A stretch of DNA of 64,000 nt from Tubiluchus corallicola (GCA_030141605.1 JAQGDQ010000004.1:372001-436000), one strand, 5' to 3'; counted from the first letter of the stretch, positions 44,681-58,729 are shown. Translations and numbers: made by a program. Notes: generated from the letters alone by a model not told the origin.

Positions 44681-47600
44681 AAGTCAAAATTTAATATTGT
44701 GATAAACGTTAATCGAGTTTGCGTGGATTTCTTTTGCTAGTGAGTTGTATATGATGTAGCATATTCGAGCATGATATAGACAATATCGTGTCTAGTAACA
44801 CCGAATAAAAAACTCCATGCAAACACAACTATTGCAAGTTGTAGTTCTGACTCGCAAAGACGTATGTAAAAAATCTATCACGGGGTTTCGTTTGTTGGGC
44901 TGAATGTGAAGCATTTTTCTCGACAGCACTGTCGGTTAATTATAGGCAATAGTAAAATTGAACATCATCAGTTTCATTACAGTTGCTTTAAATTGCTTGG
45001 CTCCATCTACTTATTACCGAATGCCTAAATTTAATGATTAATACTATAACGATATTGTGTTAAACAAATTTATCAACTTGGTTGACAAACTTATCATAAA
45101 CAGTTTTTTCAGCAATTTAATCACAGTAATATCCAATTTGCCTTTCCAGGGATAAACCCAGTTTAAGTATGCCATGTGAATCTTGCGATGACAACTCCGA
45201 TATTATAAAGTTTCAATAATAATTTTTAGGCAGTTTTTTTTCAATTTACACCTACAGATAAACTACGAAAAGAGAGCAGAAATCAAGTATCTTGGGTAGA
45301 TAGATCTTTGTATTTTCGCCGAAAGACTGCCAGCAGCGATCCCTACAAGAGACTTATCAATCAATGTGAGAACATGCACATACCGGGTGTATGAGAGACG
45401 CTATAGTGATTAATAATTTAACTTACTTGTACTTTCTAAAGATTACTGTGCGAATAGAAAAAAGTTACTCAATATGAATGCTATCAAAAGAATTGCATCA
45501 GCACTGTTCTTGTTATAGATAAGCTCAATGCAAAATTGCCAATCGTGGGAGTGGAATGAGCATTTAAAAGCGCTTGTCCCAGTCTTCAATTTCAAGTTCT
45601 TTAGAGCCAAAATGAAGGAAGAGAAACAAACTTTCGTTAACTTTAATTTCACAAAATTCGTTTTGGTCACGTTCATTTCGCAATAGAATGGCAAAAGAAT
45701 TATGACACCAACCATGTTAAACAACTTGTTTGCTATCCTGTAAAAAAATTATCTCAGACATTCTACGTCTCTGTTAGATACCTAAACCTAAATCACTCGC
45801 TCAGTTATTATTTCATTTAAATCTGATTCTAAAGGTATTATCGTCGTTGTTAACGTCATGCTCATCACCACCATCATCAAAAACAAAGTTAAAACTTAGG
45901 TTAAAATTTCTAGTCAAAATAAGTTTATTATTGTGTTTCACCATTATCAAGCTCATGCTCTACGATCTTACAAAAAGGCTAATTGCACCACGTTCAAATG
46001 ACTCCAATCACCAGTAGATGGGTCGATAAGCAAGTTAAGCACCGCTACTGGATGGTTCTAGACGTCAGCAATTTTAACTATTATTCTACACCTAGAATTC
46101 ACACCGTCCTTGAAAAGAATGACATTCAAAACACTGACATATAAAAGGATATCATTCAAAAACTGAACTCTGTCTAAACGTTCAGTTTTCACTGACAGCT
46201 ACTTTGTACAAACTGCTTGTTTTGAAGCTTGTTTTCTAACTTCTCTTCATTTCTGACATACTGCCAAAAAACTTGATATGAAAACGACCTTTGTTTTAGC
46301 ATGTGCTGCAAAGGGAAAGTGAAATCTTAAGAAATTTCGTCGAATATATAGATGTTTAATTATTGGACAAATTTCCTCTTCTCAATAATGCAAAAAGAGT
46401 AGATATTAAAGGCACCATAGCTTGTCGAGCTTAAGTTCCTGCATGTACCAGTCTATAACACATACAATCACTCACGGAAATTTCTGCACTCATGCAGTTA
46501 CAAAATAGAATTCATTCAATTGTTGTTGTTAGTAATTCATTGTTTTAGTGACAGCCGTTTAGTGACCAGCTCACTATAAACGGGTTCTTTATTATTATTT
46601 GTTGGTTGTTCATTCCGAGAATGATGAGCGACACTGAAGAAAATCAAGACTAGCTTGAAATCGCAAAACGTTAAAGACATTCAGCTTTCAGTGACATTCT
46701 GGACCTTCCACGCGGCCGTTCAGCAATGACCGTGTATTAAAATTGTTTGACATTATATGTAGTGTTGACTCGAGGGCTTACATATATCTGATGTGGCTTC
46801 AGACACAACAGAACAGATAAAGGAGCCGCTTCAAGATACGTGACACATGCGCATTAGTTAGATGAATCAACGCATAAGGTTACAACACACTGAGGGCTAG
46901 CTACTGTCATTTTTAGTGATAATCTTCAGATTGGTGCGTGCGGATAGTAACACAAATGATGCTATACTTTAAAATGAAGTATAAACCTTATACACAATTC
47001 CGATATGCAGTGATTTGAAAACCGCACATACATGAGAAGCCGATTCCACTTTTTCCGGATGAAATTCTATGGGTGAAAACAAAATATCGTGCAAGCGCAG
47101 GTATATAAGAACATATGATAAAGCGGTCTAAGTTGTTTTTAGGCTTGCCGAAGGTAAACTCTTTAATCAACAATGTCAAATTATGAATTTGTAATGCAAA
47201 ACTTCTTTCTATTAGCTTTGCTAAATTTTCAAATATTTAAGTTCTTAATATACTGGCGACTCTTTGGCTTTATTAGGCTTATCAGCAGTTTAATCAGGGA
47301 AGCACCGAACTTGTCCGTGACCGGATACCCCCCATTGTAATTTTAACAGCGGCAAATCCATTTTTCTTGTTATAATTTTTGGCAACTTTATTTATATCGT
47401 ATTAGCCATACATATATAACATTGTATCATTAATTTTCCAATGTGTCGGCCCAATTTGTAAAAAGGTTGCAAAATTTCTAACAACAGTTAGTCATTTTTG
47501 CTAACGTAAATGTGACGTACGCAGTTAAGAATTTCAACGACTGCAACCCGTGGTTTCAAACAAATAACCTTGGTACACTGCCACACTTGCGATTCTTGTT

Positions 47601-47978
47601 AATCAACAAAAGTCAGATGATAAGTATATAGCTACGTCTTGATAAATAAATTGATACGAGCGCGACGCCCGATTTTTGTTGGACGATAAGAAGTGAAAAC
47701 GTTTGCCTTGGAAATAATAATTTCTTTTTTTTTGTGTTTATGCTGTTTGTGTTTTGTGCTGTTTATTGATTGGTTAGTTGTGGAGGTGGTATTGAATCTG
47801 TTCGATTGGTCATTTGGTTGATTGGTAGTCACAGTTAGTTTGTTTCTTTTCCATTCATGAACATGTTCATGTTTAATTAGTCATTCATTCTTGTCACCTG
47901 CCTTTTTACTTGATCCGATCGTTTGCTTTTTGTAAACTCAATAATCATTATATGATGTAGATGTAAAGGTTCGAAGAC

Positions 47979-48608
47979 ATGCCTATCAGAACTAGTGCAT
48001 CAGATGCAACAGGGACACTGAGTCAGCTTTTAATAGCTGAGGAATCCACTTCAGGTGGACACGTAAGTATTGTTCACAATGAGCCAAAACTGCGTGGAAG
48101 TAGTGAAATCGAGAGACAAACTCCAAGAAAGAGGGGTCCGAAAAAAAAGAAACTAACCAAAGCGCGAGTTCTAATATTTAAACTGCGGCGGTGCAGGGCG
48201 AATGCAAGAGAGCGGAACCGGATGCATGGTTTGAACGATGCACTGGACGTGCTCAGACAGGTAATCCCTGTTCGCTACAAATCACAAAAACTTTCAAAGA
48301 TTGAAACTTTACGATTAGCCAGGAATTACATCATTGCTTTGACCAACATACTAAGTAGAAATCAAGCGCCGAGCGTTGTGGATTTCGCAAGAACTTTAAC
48401 AACTGGATTATCTCAAACTACAACTAATTTAATAGCAACTGAACTGCAACTAAACCCTAGACAGTTACACTCTGGGTCGACAAATATTGGCATATTTGCA
48501 AGCTATGACATTAAATGTACCGGTACAAATTGTGGCCAGGCTGTTTATACTAGTCGGAACATCAATTGGAAAAATGATGAGACATGTTTAACATTACTAT
48601 ACGAATGA
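47979..48608 (+). CDS. NeuroD: NeuroD-family atonal-related bHLH transcription factor, 209 aa, single coding exon
   Basis: [13 protein letters not shown] pre-basic motif, [37 protein letters not shown] bHLH, and the NeuroD-diagnostic downstream block [26 protein letters not shown] (vertebrate [26 protein letters not shown]). An upstream exon is possible. Confidence 0.95.
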   Translation: MPIRTSASDATGTLSQLLIAEESTSGGHVSIVHNEPKLRGSSEIERQTPRKRGPKKKKLTKARVLIFKLRRCRANARERNRMHGLNDALDVLRQVIPVRYKSQKLSKIETLRLARNYIIALTNILSRNQAPSVVDFARTLTTGLSQTTTNLIATELQLNPRQLHSGSTNIGIFASYDIKCTGTNCGQAVYTSRNINWKNDETCLTLLYE

Positions 48609-50028
48609 ATCAGCACGGTGTACGCGCGTTTACCACGGCAAATGACTTTCCTACTGTATTTAAACTGTTAGAACAACTCATCGTTTTAGCGACCGAAGTT
48701 AACAATGCCAAACTTAGTCAGAGAGTGACAAACAAAAACTGCTTCTGGACTTCTGCACCGCGGTTTCTGCCATGCTGCCCAAGCTCATCTATTTCGCTGA
48801 AAGAAAATACATGTACATTCAAAGATGGCTGAGAGATATGGTTTATCTCTTACCAAGATGGTTTTCCTTGATATTAGAGACACAAACAACACTGACAACA
48901 GAACACAAACTCTGCTGTTGAGTGTAGACGCAGTGGACAGAACTGTATTAAAAAATCGTAATACTAATATCACTTTCGCTGCAAAGCGTTGTCGACACAA
49001 ACTTTTTAGACATTTTCGACACAAGACCTATTTGTTTTAGGCTTAGGCAAGACAACTGATCATTTTAAGCTGTGTGAAATTTCGGCACCGGCAAGGAACA
49101 ATACTTTTGCCAAAACAATATTGCGATGATTTGTTTTTTTAACTTATCAAGTTCGTTGCAACTTGATTTTTGACTTCTAACAAAACAGTTGTAATGTTTA
49201 TCAACAAAAGAACAATATTTCGGGTAAATCGTGTTAGAGTTAATTACACACGTAAGTTTATGTTGTTAAGAGAGACAAATATAGCTGTAAATGTAAGCAT
49301 CCCAAAATTTCCTAGTATCGACCCACTAGATAAAATGCCATTAATAGTATTCGTCTTCTTTATGTCTTTTAATAGTCTGATATTGATTGCATGTGTTACG
49401 ATAATTTCATTGTAAGATTGAAAAATTGCTTTCCCATTCAATGTGCGGCGTAACGTCCATTAAAGAGATGTTCGTTTAATAGTCAGTATGAATAGAATAG
49501 TGAGACTGCATTCATGTTATAATACAGGTGTATAGTCAGTAAAACATATTACACGAGAAATAACTACATTTCTGTTATTAAGCTCAGACGTTAAATTGCT
49601 AATACACGAGAAAACGAACGTAAATCGTTTTATGGTGGCCGCATGGTTACGATTTTCATCGACCCAACTGCCATAAAAACCATCAATAAAATGTTGCGAA
49701 ACTCCTAAAACCATTTCGTTCAACAACATATCTGTTATGTAAGTGCATTCTCTGCTTTAATCGAAACTTTAAGTGAACAAACTAAAAGGTGCCAAAAATC
49801 GCAAACAGAAGTTTGATGGTCATGATTTTTGTTGACAATAAAACTTCAACAGTGAAATCTACAAATTTCACACTATCGGCGCGCAAAACAATACTTTAGC
49901 ATACTTTTTGGGTAAACCGCAATCTAATATGATGAAATAATGTAGCTCTAAGTAAGGCTCTACTACCATCCTGTGTTTTAAATAAGAAACACTTGTTACA
50001 ATTACCGTTGGAAGTACATTAGGTTGCT

Positions 50029-50088
50029 GTCACTACAGGTCACTACAAATTGACGTCACTACAGATCACTACATATTGACGTTACTGT
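50029..50088. repeat. Short degenerate tandem repeat of GTCACTACA containing TGACGTCA
   Basis: gtcactacaggtcactacaaattgacgtcactacagatcactacatattgacgttactgt. Confidence 0.75.
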
Positions 50089-50810
50089 ATTTGAAAAGCA
50101 AAAATTTATATTATTTTGGTGATTTTGGTTGTACACTCAGATTTAAAAAACTGTCAGTGATTCTAATCTAATAATATACTGTAGCGGTCATTGAGTTATA
50201 ATAACTATTTCATCAGTTAACGGTCTTTTTTCGATATTTTTATAGACCGGGTGCACAGGGCACTTTAATGCAAAATTCGAGCACAAAAGGTTTGAGTAGC
50301 TAAACAGAAGGCACAAAGGCTAAGTATCAAAAATACGTTTGTCTTGTGTTGTACAACCAGTCACGAGAGGTCAAAGGTCACGTAAAAGAAGCCAAAAAAT
50401 AACCATTTAATGCAAAACTTAAGCACATGAAAATTTTTATGCCAGTGTGTAGAGCATGAAGAGTAGTGCTTAGATTCATTGTCAAGACAAAAACTATCAA
50501 TCATAAGTGGACACAAGACAAAGTTGACCATTGATCAGTGGTCACTATTTCACCTAAATTAGAGTGAAAGGAAAAATTTTTGTGGGAGCTTGTAATACTT
50601 GCATGGTACGTGTTAAACGTATACTCAAGACAAAAGAAATGTAAGACAAGATTCAAAGTAAGAAATTAGGGCATTTGTTGGTTTACTAGTTTTGCATTTG
50701 TTGACAAGGTACATATATAAAAACAGGCTCAAAAGTTATAAGACTTAAAAGTTATAAAAAATGTATGTGTGAAATATAAAAACTCAAACAGATCAAGTAT
50801 AATTCGTAGT

Positions 50811-50900
50811 ATGGTATGGTATGGTATGGTATGGTATGGTATGGTATGGTATGGTATGGTATGGTATGGTATGGTATGGTATGGTATGGTATGGTATGGT
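50811..50900. repeat. Perfect pentanucleotide microsatellite (ATGGT)18
   Basis: Directly visible, inside the Academ element. Confidence 0.98.
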
Positions 50901-50902
50901 AT

Positions 50903-51530
50903 CGGTGTGGAGATACCGATATAGCAGTCCTTCTTCTCTATCATGCTGGCAAAATCGCTTCTTTAGTGTCGATGGTTGGTGAGCACTGGAAATAGAAGAT
51001 AAAAATACAAATATATCTAATGTTGATTAAACAACATTACATCAGTCGTTCTCGGCTTCTACGCTTTCATGGATTGTGATGCGACATCATTATTTGCATG
51101 AAAGGAGAAGCTTTGCCCTACATCTTTCAAATTGCTAGAGAATATCCCAGCATTTTTGAAAAAACTGGCCACAGAAAATGTAGATCATAATTAAACAATG
51201 AAGCAGTTTGCTTGCAAGGTGTATGGATTGGCAACATTTTCCGCTCTGAATGAAGAGAGAAGCTTCAATATGCTTCAGAATCAGATGGCAGCTTCCAATG
51301 GAGTAAACAAGGGGTGCTTCAACATATTTCAGATGGCGTTTACTGTTTCTCCAAATGAGAAAGGTCCAGCAAAGAAAAAATAAAAAGTATTGATGTTTTG
51401 GCACTGCCTCCATGCCAACGGGAACTGTCTATTGAGCTTCGCATATTGAGGATTTTGTTTGTAACTCTCTAACATACAAGAAAATGATGATGTTGAAACT
51501 CTGATTCTTTCTCTATGAGATTATGGTAAT
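50903..51530 (+). pseudogene. Decayed XPG/FEN1-like nuclease domain of the Academ protein
   Basis: Ordered motifs RCGDTDIAVLLLYH, VLGFYAFMDCDATSLFA*KEK (GFHAFTGCDxxSxFxGKGK, H3TH-like), KQFACKVYG..LNEER, KIKSIDVLALPPCQREL, interrupted by stops and frameshifts. Confidence 0.8.
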
Positions 51531-51919
51531 AACTGACTTTAAATGGATTTATTCATTAATATTGTTAAAACATTATTCTCGTTTTCATAATTTACAAAAA
51601 TGATTGGTTACCTTCCACGTTAATACAGTTAATTAGAACTGCTCGGACATTAATTTAGCTTTTTTATTACTAGGACGATAATCCTACTATTGCATATTAT
51701 AAAAAAATGTATAATATACTGCTTACTGTCAATTTTAACACACAGCGGACATGCTTTTTCCAGACTAAATGTATTTGTGATCTGAATTTTATAACTAGAT
51801 TTTTATCATTTTCAGTCTTCCTTTGTTTTTATACATGTACTCTTGTCAGTAAACCAACGAATAATATAATTACTAGCCAAACTCCGCAAAAATTTTGTGA
51901 ATAAATCCACAATGACAAC

Positions 51920-52120
51920 CTACACCACACAGCCCACACCATATCATATCACCCACATCACACCATGCCACTCATACCATACCATACCATCCACACTACC
52001 TACACCACGCTATGCCCACCATTGTAACTACAACATGTTATACCCACCACACCACACCTTATCACTATCACACCACCCACCCACACCGTAGCGTTCCACT
52101 ACACCACACGATACCATGCT
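51920..52120. repeat. Degenerate (CACCA/TACCA)n low-complexity tract
   Basis: C/A-rich pentamer-like decay, e.g. ccataccataccatccacac; reverse complement of the ATGGT unit. Confidence 0.75.
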
Positions 52121-53904
52121 GCAGCCATCACAGATAACGATGATGACTGCGAAGGCGACGACAATCACACTGGGACCAATGTTCTGCAACAAAAACAACA
52201 GGCTAGTGAAACCATGCAAAAACAAATTACGCAATTGTGTACATATACAATGAAAAACGCTATTAGACCATTTAGCAATGCACGAACATTCTGCGTAGTC
52301 TGTAAGCAGAATACGAACGGATGACGTCGTTAACCAGCCAAAAAATAATCGCAAAAAAGAACTTTGAATTATCCGTTTTGGGGCTATGGTAGAGGGCCCT
52401 AGAAAGAGACCTACATCATTGTATAGCAATGTTCCTCCTCTTTCCAAACAACTATAATTCGCTGTCCAATAACCCCACCAGGCACTGCTAGGAGTTTTTC
52501 TACACCACACAGATGTTTGGTTAAAATTTTGAAAAAAATCAGGTGGTTAGGTATGGGAAAACGCCAGGAAACCGTGGCCCTCAAGCAAATTCTAAATATG
52601 CCTTCAACACCCACTACTGAATAGACCATCCAACCATCACTGACCCCACCCTGTCACGTCCTCGTTCTCTAGAAATACGAAGTATAAGTTCTGTGGAAAA
52701 ACACGGGCCAAAAAACATGTGGCCCCGATTCAAAAAATAAACCACCAATGCGATGGCACTAAATCGAGACGTTTTGTTTTGTGCATATATTGTTATGAAA
52801 ATGATGCACTTATTGAAGCCTCGAATCTCATTTTATATAAAACGTTATACCACCGAAATTAATTATATAAATCTTACTTTGAATCTTATCTTTAAGGTTA
52901 TTTATGACTATATTTCCTTTGTCTTGAGTATAGACTTAGCGCGTACTACAAGCTCCCACTAAAAATTTTCTTGTGCTCTAATTTAAGTGAAATAGTGACC
53001 GCTGGCCAACGATCAAGTTTGTCTTGTGTCCACTTATGGCTGATATTTTTTGTCTTGACCGTGAATCTAAGCACCACTGACCATGCTCTATACACTGGCA
53101 TAAAAAATTTTCTTGTGCTCAAATTTTGCATTAAATGGCTTCTTTTACGTGACCTTTGACCGCTCGTGACTGGTTACACAACGCAAGATAAACGTATTTT
53201 TGAAACTTTGCCTTTGTGTTTAGCTACTCAAACCCTTTGTGCTCGAATTTAGCATTAGTGCTCTGGGTCCCCGGTCTATTAGTTGTAGAGTGACCAGCTA
53301 GCTTGCCACGTTTTCTTGCCAGGCTTACATGAATCTTGTCATATATCACAGCACCTAAGCTTTATTATCAGTTTGCCAGCTTAAAGATTAGATGACTAAG
53401 AAAAATAAATAAATACCAGTGACTAAATAATAAGTAAAATGTTTTCTTATTGTACTGAATCGCATTATGAATCTTCAAAGTTATAAAAAAATTCAAAACC
53501 ACGAGCTATTTCCCTAACCAAATATTAGCATGCGCCCTATGTCGCTATTTGGATACAACAACATAGGAAACTAACCGCACTGAATGTACAGTGTACACAC
53601 TACATTTTCTGCTTTCGTCTCGACTCCTCAAAAATAAAATTATTCCAGTTGCACTTTGACTTGTACAATATTAGCTAATAAATGTGAGCTTGGAGAAAGT
53701 CAAACATGTATGTTTGTGTTAGTAATTCAAACTCTTGATAATCACCCTGGCCGCAATGTGTAAAAGCACTTTCATCCAAGACTAATTTCATGATAGATCA
53801 TTGATCGGAGTCTGCGGAAGAGAAACTATGAGAAATCAAGTTCACCATAACAGAAAGTGCAATTCTATAAGTTTCAGCGTTATACAGGTTTAATATACTA
53901 AATC

Positions 53905-54030
53905 ATTTGTGTAAATGTAATTTGTGGGTGCTCTTGGATACGCAGAAGACGATACGTTATTGGTTCCGTCTGAAACAGCATTGAAACAAATGCTTGCAGT
54001 ATGTGTAATTTTTTAAAATTTACTAAAGAA
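53905..54030 (+). mobile_element. LINE reverse-transcriptase fragment (L2/CR1-group-like)
   Basis: Translates FVGALGYAEDDTLLVPSETALKQMLAVC..TKEYVMIFN, a decayed YADD catalytic block (xGALxYADDxxLLAPSxxALxxMLxxC). Confidence 0.75.
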
Positions 54031-55167
54031 TATGTTATGATTTTTAATATTCTCACTTAATCCTAGCACTTAACAATTTTTGCCCCTTTTTTCTTTGAAT
54101 CAAACGACTCTTTGCGGTCATTGCACATCTTTTCTTTAAGAGAATTCGTCATCGTAATCCTTAAGTCCCATTTTTTCTTGGCAACAAATCTTTATCAGTG
54201 CTTTATTTTCTATGGTAAAGACCATTGTGTGGAGACCACCGTTTGGTTTCTTTATTGTTTTTCAGTTGATAATTAGCTGACATTTCATTTTTTTAACATG
54301 CAAAACCTTTTTTCTTAACTTAGACCACTGAAACTATGAACTTGTAGCTTTCACAGCCGAATGCTAATATAACGCGATATTGTGCTGTGAAATTTAAACT
54401 TTACAGAGCACATGCTTCTAATATCTAAACTTCGGCACATTTTTCTGTTCCACCTGATATATGCGCACCTATAATATCATGACGATCAGTGTATACTTCC
54501 CTTTAGCAAGTTCAGTTTTAAAAATTGTGCTGTACTGCTATCCTGTTATTCAATAGTATGATCTTTCTATGATTCATAATCGGTCTCAGGAGCCCGAGAG
54601 CCTATCAAAATTTAAGAGCTAAGACTGTTAATTAGCTTAAATTAAATTTTATGACTCACTACACTGTTGAAATAGCTCTCATAAATGTGCGTCTGGTGCC
54701 TTATTGAATAAGAATGGCGATGTAATCGACGTCAGGGCACGTGGCTCAGGTGCTTATTAAAGGACAAAAAACACTCTTCATAAATAAAGCTTTGTTATCA
54801 CTTACATACTATCTTATTGCGTACAGATAGTGTACCAACAGTAATACTATATAAAACTTGAAATTTAAACTCACGCGATGACCGTTAGGCACAGCCATTT
54901 TAACGGCAAGTCGTTCGAAACAAGTCCAGATAATATTGCGCAAAGAATGAAAAAATGAGCATTCCTAGCTTATTCAGAGCATTGCTAGCACGCTCTTCGC
55001 TAACTAAGCCAAAGTATAAATTACTTTATATTGTCAATAAGATCAACGTTTTTTTGTGAACGCTTTGGCGAGACACAGCGACACTTCACCACCTGAACAC
55101 TACTTTCTTTTCTAATTTCATGTCTCTCGAACCTGTAAGCGTAATGCTAAGTAATATAACTTTGTTG

Positions 55168-55500
55168 TAAGGATGTTGAGGAAAATCCTTGGACAGCTAA
55201 GCTTATTAATAATACCATTCTTCAAACAATAGGTAGCACATTGCAAATTCATAACACAAAGACAGGAAGGATAAAATATTTGGCCATCTTATGAGATAAA
55301 ACAACATTAACAGAATCCTGCTGGAGCGGCAAATAAATGGAGAACCCCAAGAGGAAGTCCAAGAATTAAATGGATGGACTACATAAAAAATGGACTAGAT
55401 AGTAAGTATGAAGAACCAGTAAGAACTTTGGACACCAGAAGTTGGAAATCTATCGTTACATACTAGCTGCTGTACAGGATGGAGGAACATGGACGAAGAG
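55168..55500 (+). mobile_element. RTE-clade LINE 3' fragment
   Basis: Frameshifted translation RMLRK/IPWTAK..N..IL, RKDKIFGHLMR, LLERQING..PRGSPRIKWMDYIK, ..W: the RTE C-terminal FGHxxR..RGRPRxxWxD signature. Confidence 0.8.
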
Positions 55501-58500
55501 GAACTAGATAAACCGTTGCTTTTGATTTCGACAAATTTATTTGAAGAGGGTAGATACTCAGTTAATTTTCTTACAATGCGAAAAAAACCTATGGTTCTTT
55601 TAATTTCGTTTTATCATATAAGGTTAGCTAGCATAAAAAACAGAATATCTACCAGATGTAGGTGGGTGTTATTATAAGATTTATTATACGACCTACAATA
55701 AGTCACTTGATAACAAGTAAAACAATACAATATAGCAACGACAAGCATATCAAGTATACATATGTAACAATAATAATTATTATAATTCTAGCATCACAAT
55801 GCTATATTAGCCTACAACATAATTACTATATAGTTATAACACGATAGTTTAACAATATACAACACCAGGCTAAGCGTTATAATGGGTGAACAGTGAACAC
55901 TGAACACTACGTAATATACATACAAAATATTGATTTAAAACAATAAAATAAGGTTTTGCCAAGTAGCATATAGTACATAGTTTATTTACATTGTTCAATG
56001 TACAAGTATTAGTACAACACAAGTTTCAGGTAAAACAACTAAAAATATGGTAACATGGTAAAACTGGTTAAATATGTACATTAATTAAAAACAGAAACAG
56101 ACAGAGAATCTGCTACTGTTATACCATTATTATTTTTTCACATGAATACAGTATATTTCCAATACTTTCAACTGGCTCACTTATGGCTTTAACATTTTTG
56201 GAAGAAAAGCTATTTCTTATAATGGTATAAGGTATGAATTATGTAGAGTGAAACAAACAACCTAATGTAAATTTTCAGTAATATTAGCATATTTGCACCG
56301 GTGTAATTTCATCGTCACAGTTAGTTTAGTTTAAAAATTAATAAAACACATGCAAATTCATATTTACTTTTAATAAACCTTAGACAAGACATGTTTTACT
56401 TTGTTAAAATAATAACGCAAAATAACAAAATATGCAGCTATAGCAACTGCAATGATAACAATCTGTTATTCCTATAACATACAGAATTGTTAAATCAAAT
56501 TTTTTATACAATGACATAAACTTAGTAAACAAGGCAAATGCTAGGCCAATTTACTTATATAATGTTCACACTCTAAGTAATTAACTACGTTTTACTTAAT
56601 TTCCCATCTTTATGTCAACTTACTGCTTCAAAATTGGTGTCAAAGCTCCACAAAATCACACACCAGATTGAATTACCATTTCAAATTTGATTAAAATTTC
56701 TCAAACAGTTTTTTTCAGTTTCTTCAGCATATTTAGTTTAAGACTCATGCAAACGCGAAACATATGAAAGGCAGCATAAAACACAACTATGACCGACACA
56801 AGCAGAATATAAGTTTTTTCTTCTAGTGCCAACAAGAAAATTTCACAGCTACAAATACTCAACAAGTTAAACAAATAAAAGACTATAATGCAATAAAATT
56901 GCATGTTTTTTGGATTTTTCAAATAAGGCATTAGTATTGCACAATTGTACGAGGCAAACATCGTAGAATATCATGGTATGGTTTTTAATAAAGCCAATTT
57001 TTTGGTGTTAACTCACACATATCATTAACAGAATGCTTGGTAAGTCAATTCACATTTAAATGCACGAAATAATTTTTGCAATGTCAAAATCATAAACAAT
57101 GACCATGCATTTGAATAATAAAAAAATGAATATGGGATTTAGTATTGTATTATACAGCAGGTTAGTTTTTATAGAGAGCCAAGCATTGAAAGCAACTATA
57201 AAAAAGGACAGAAATTCCATGTAACCTGTTGAGAAAGAAGAACTAGAATTAATAAAATCAATAATGCTAGGACTGCAGAAATGTGTGTCAAAGTGAAGAT
57301 GCCAAGAGAGTCTACCTACTGTTTACTTGATCTTGGTCAAGCAGAGTCCACTCTTATTAACTCATATTTTAACGATTGCAGTTTAACAAGAATATCTATC
57401 CTAGCACAAATGCAAATGGTAATTTTGACTTAGAATACATGTACTCTACCAAGTACAACAAAGGAAACATGAATACAGGGGCTGCAGCTAAAATTGCAAC
57501 ACTTACAAACCTTCTACTTTAACTACTTTGGTATTACGAGGTAGGAACACATACATGATAGTTTAATCCAACCTAAAAGCTTAATACATCTAGTTTTTGG
57601 GACAGAACCAAATTAGTCGACAACATTATTAGAAAAGCAAGTACGTATTCAACTTATGGAGTTGTTACTGTCATATAAAAACTGAGATATATTATTCCAA
57701 TTAACATTACCTAAAAAGTCCAACTGCCATTCTACCAAATGTGTTAACTCCTACCTTCAGTCCATCTATGACATTACTTAACATATCATAATTACAAATT
57801 CATGTTACTTACATTACTAGCAATACATATACACAGCACATAGCAGGCTATATTACACTTATTGCAAACTGTTAGTAAACAAGCACAGGGAACTGAACCA
57901 CAATATAAACTAGAGAAAATAAAATCTGAACATTCAAGATTACATCTAACATTATCTGTTGATATAAACAACAATGAACACCTAACAATTATAACATCAT
58001 TTACAAAGTTTTTTATTCATAATTGACCAAAGAGGTTGACGTTCATTTTTGGGCTCTGAAAACCACAGGTAGCCTGAGTTTGTTTTGCATCTAATGACTT
58101 TTCATTATAAATCAAAGATTATATAGTAGGTAACCGTCTGCTAAAACATTATATTAGACCAAATATTTAATATTTAAACGTCATACCTAAATTACACCAA
58201 TTTTCCTTTTTTAAAGTAGACACATATAGCACATTTGACCCTATATGGTCATTAAGAAATTATAAAATACTGCAAATCGTAAAATAAATTTTGAGTTCAA
58301 ATTTTTAACAGCCATTGACATATCCGTCATTAATTAATAACATTGCAATTATCACTGTGTATAATTAACTACAAAGTGTATCTTAAAATTAAGGTAGCAC
58401 TTCTAATAAAAGAGGCATGATTCTACTTTGGGGCAGAAGCTGAATTTGCTATTTGAAGCCAAGTCTATTTGAAGCCAGATCATGATGCATCAATTTATTT

Positions 58501-58729
58501 TTAAAACTGGTATATCACACTATATTCTGATGAACAACCAAGAGCGATACTGCCTACGCAAATGCCACTAGGCAATCCCATAAATGTGGGTCAAAAATAG
58601 GGTTGCAAGAAGTAAAATTTGTCAGATGGTTCAAAACTTGTCAATTTCTATACAACTGACAAGCCACAAATTGCAGCATTAATGTTCCAAGACTTAATCA
58701 CAGCAACCTAGCAGCCAAGATTAAATAAT

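Larger units (their letters stand above)
50243..53278 (+). mobile_element. Non-autonomous Academ (AcademX-type) DNA transposon with both termini intact
   Basis: Long imperfect TIRs 50243-~50663 and ~52872-53278; 5'-TAG...CTA-3' termini; 3-bp TSD TTA (50240-50242 and 53279-53281); internal decayed XPG/FEN1-like nuclease sequence. All are described Academ hallmarks. Confidence 0.88.

Noticed and set aside
45430-45800. Possible CR1-like LINE 3' relic (SFWSRSFRNRMAK)
   Set aside because: A single weak motif; cannot be supported without a library search.
52028-52629. 160-aa and 72-aa minus-strand ORFs inside the Academ element
   Set aside because: Partly low-complexity, no recognisable domain.
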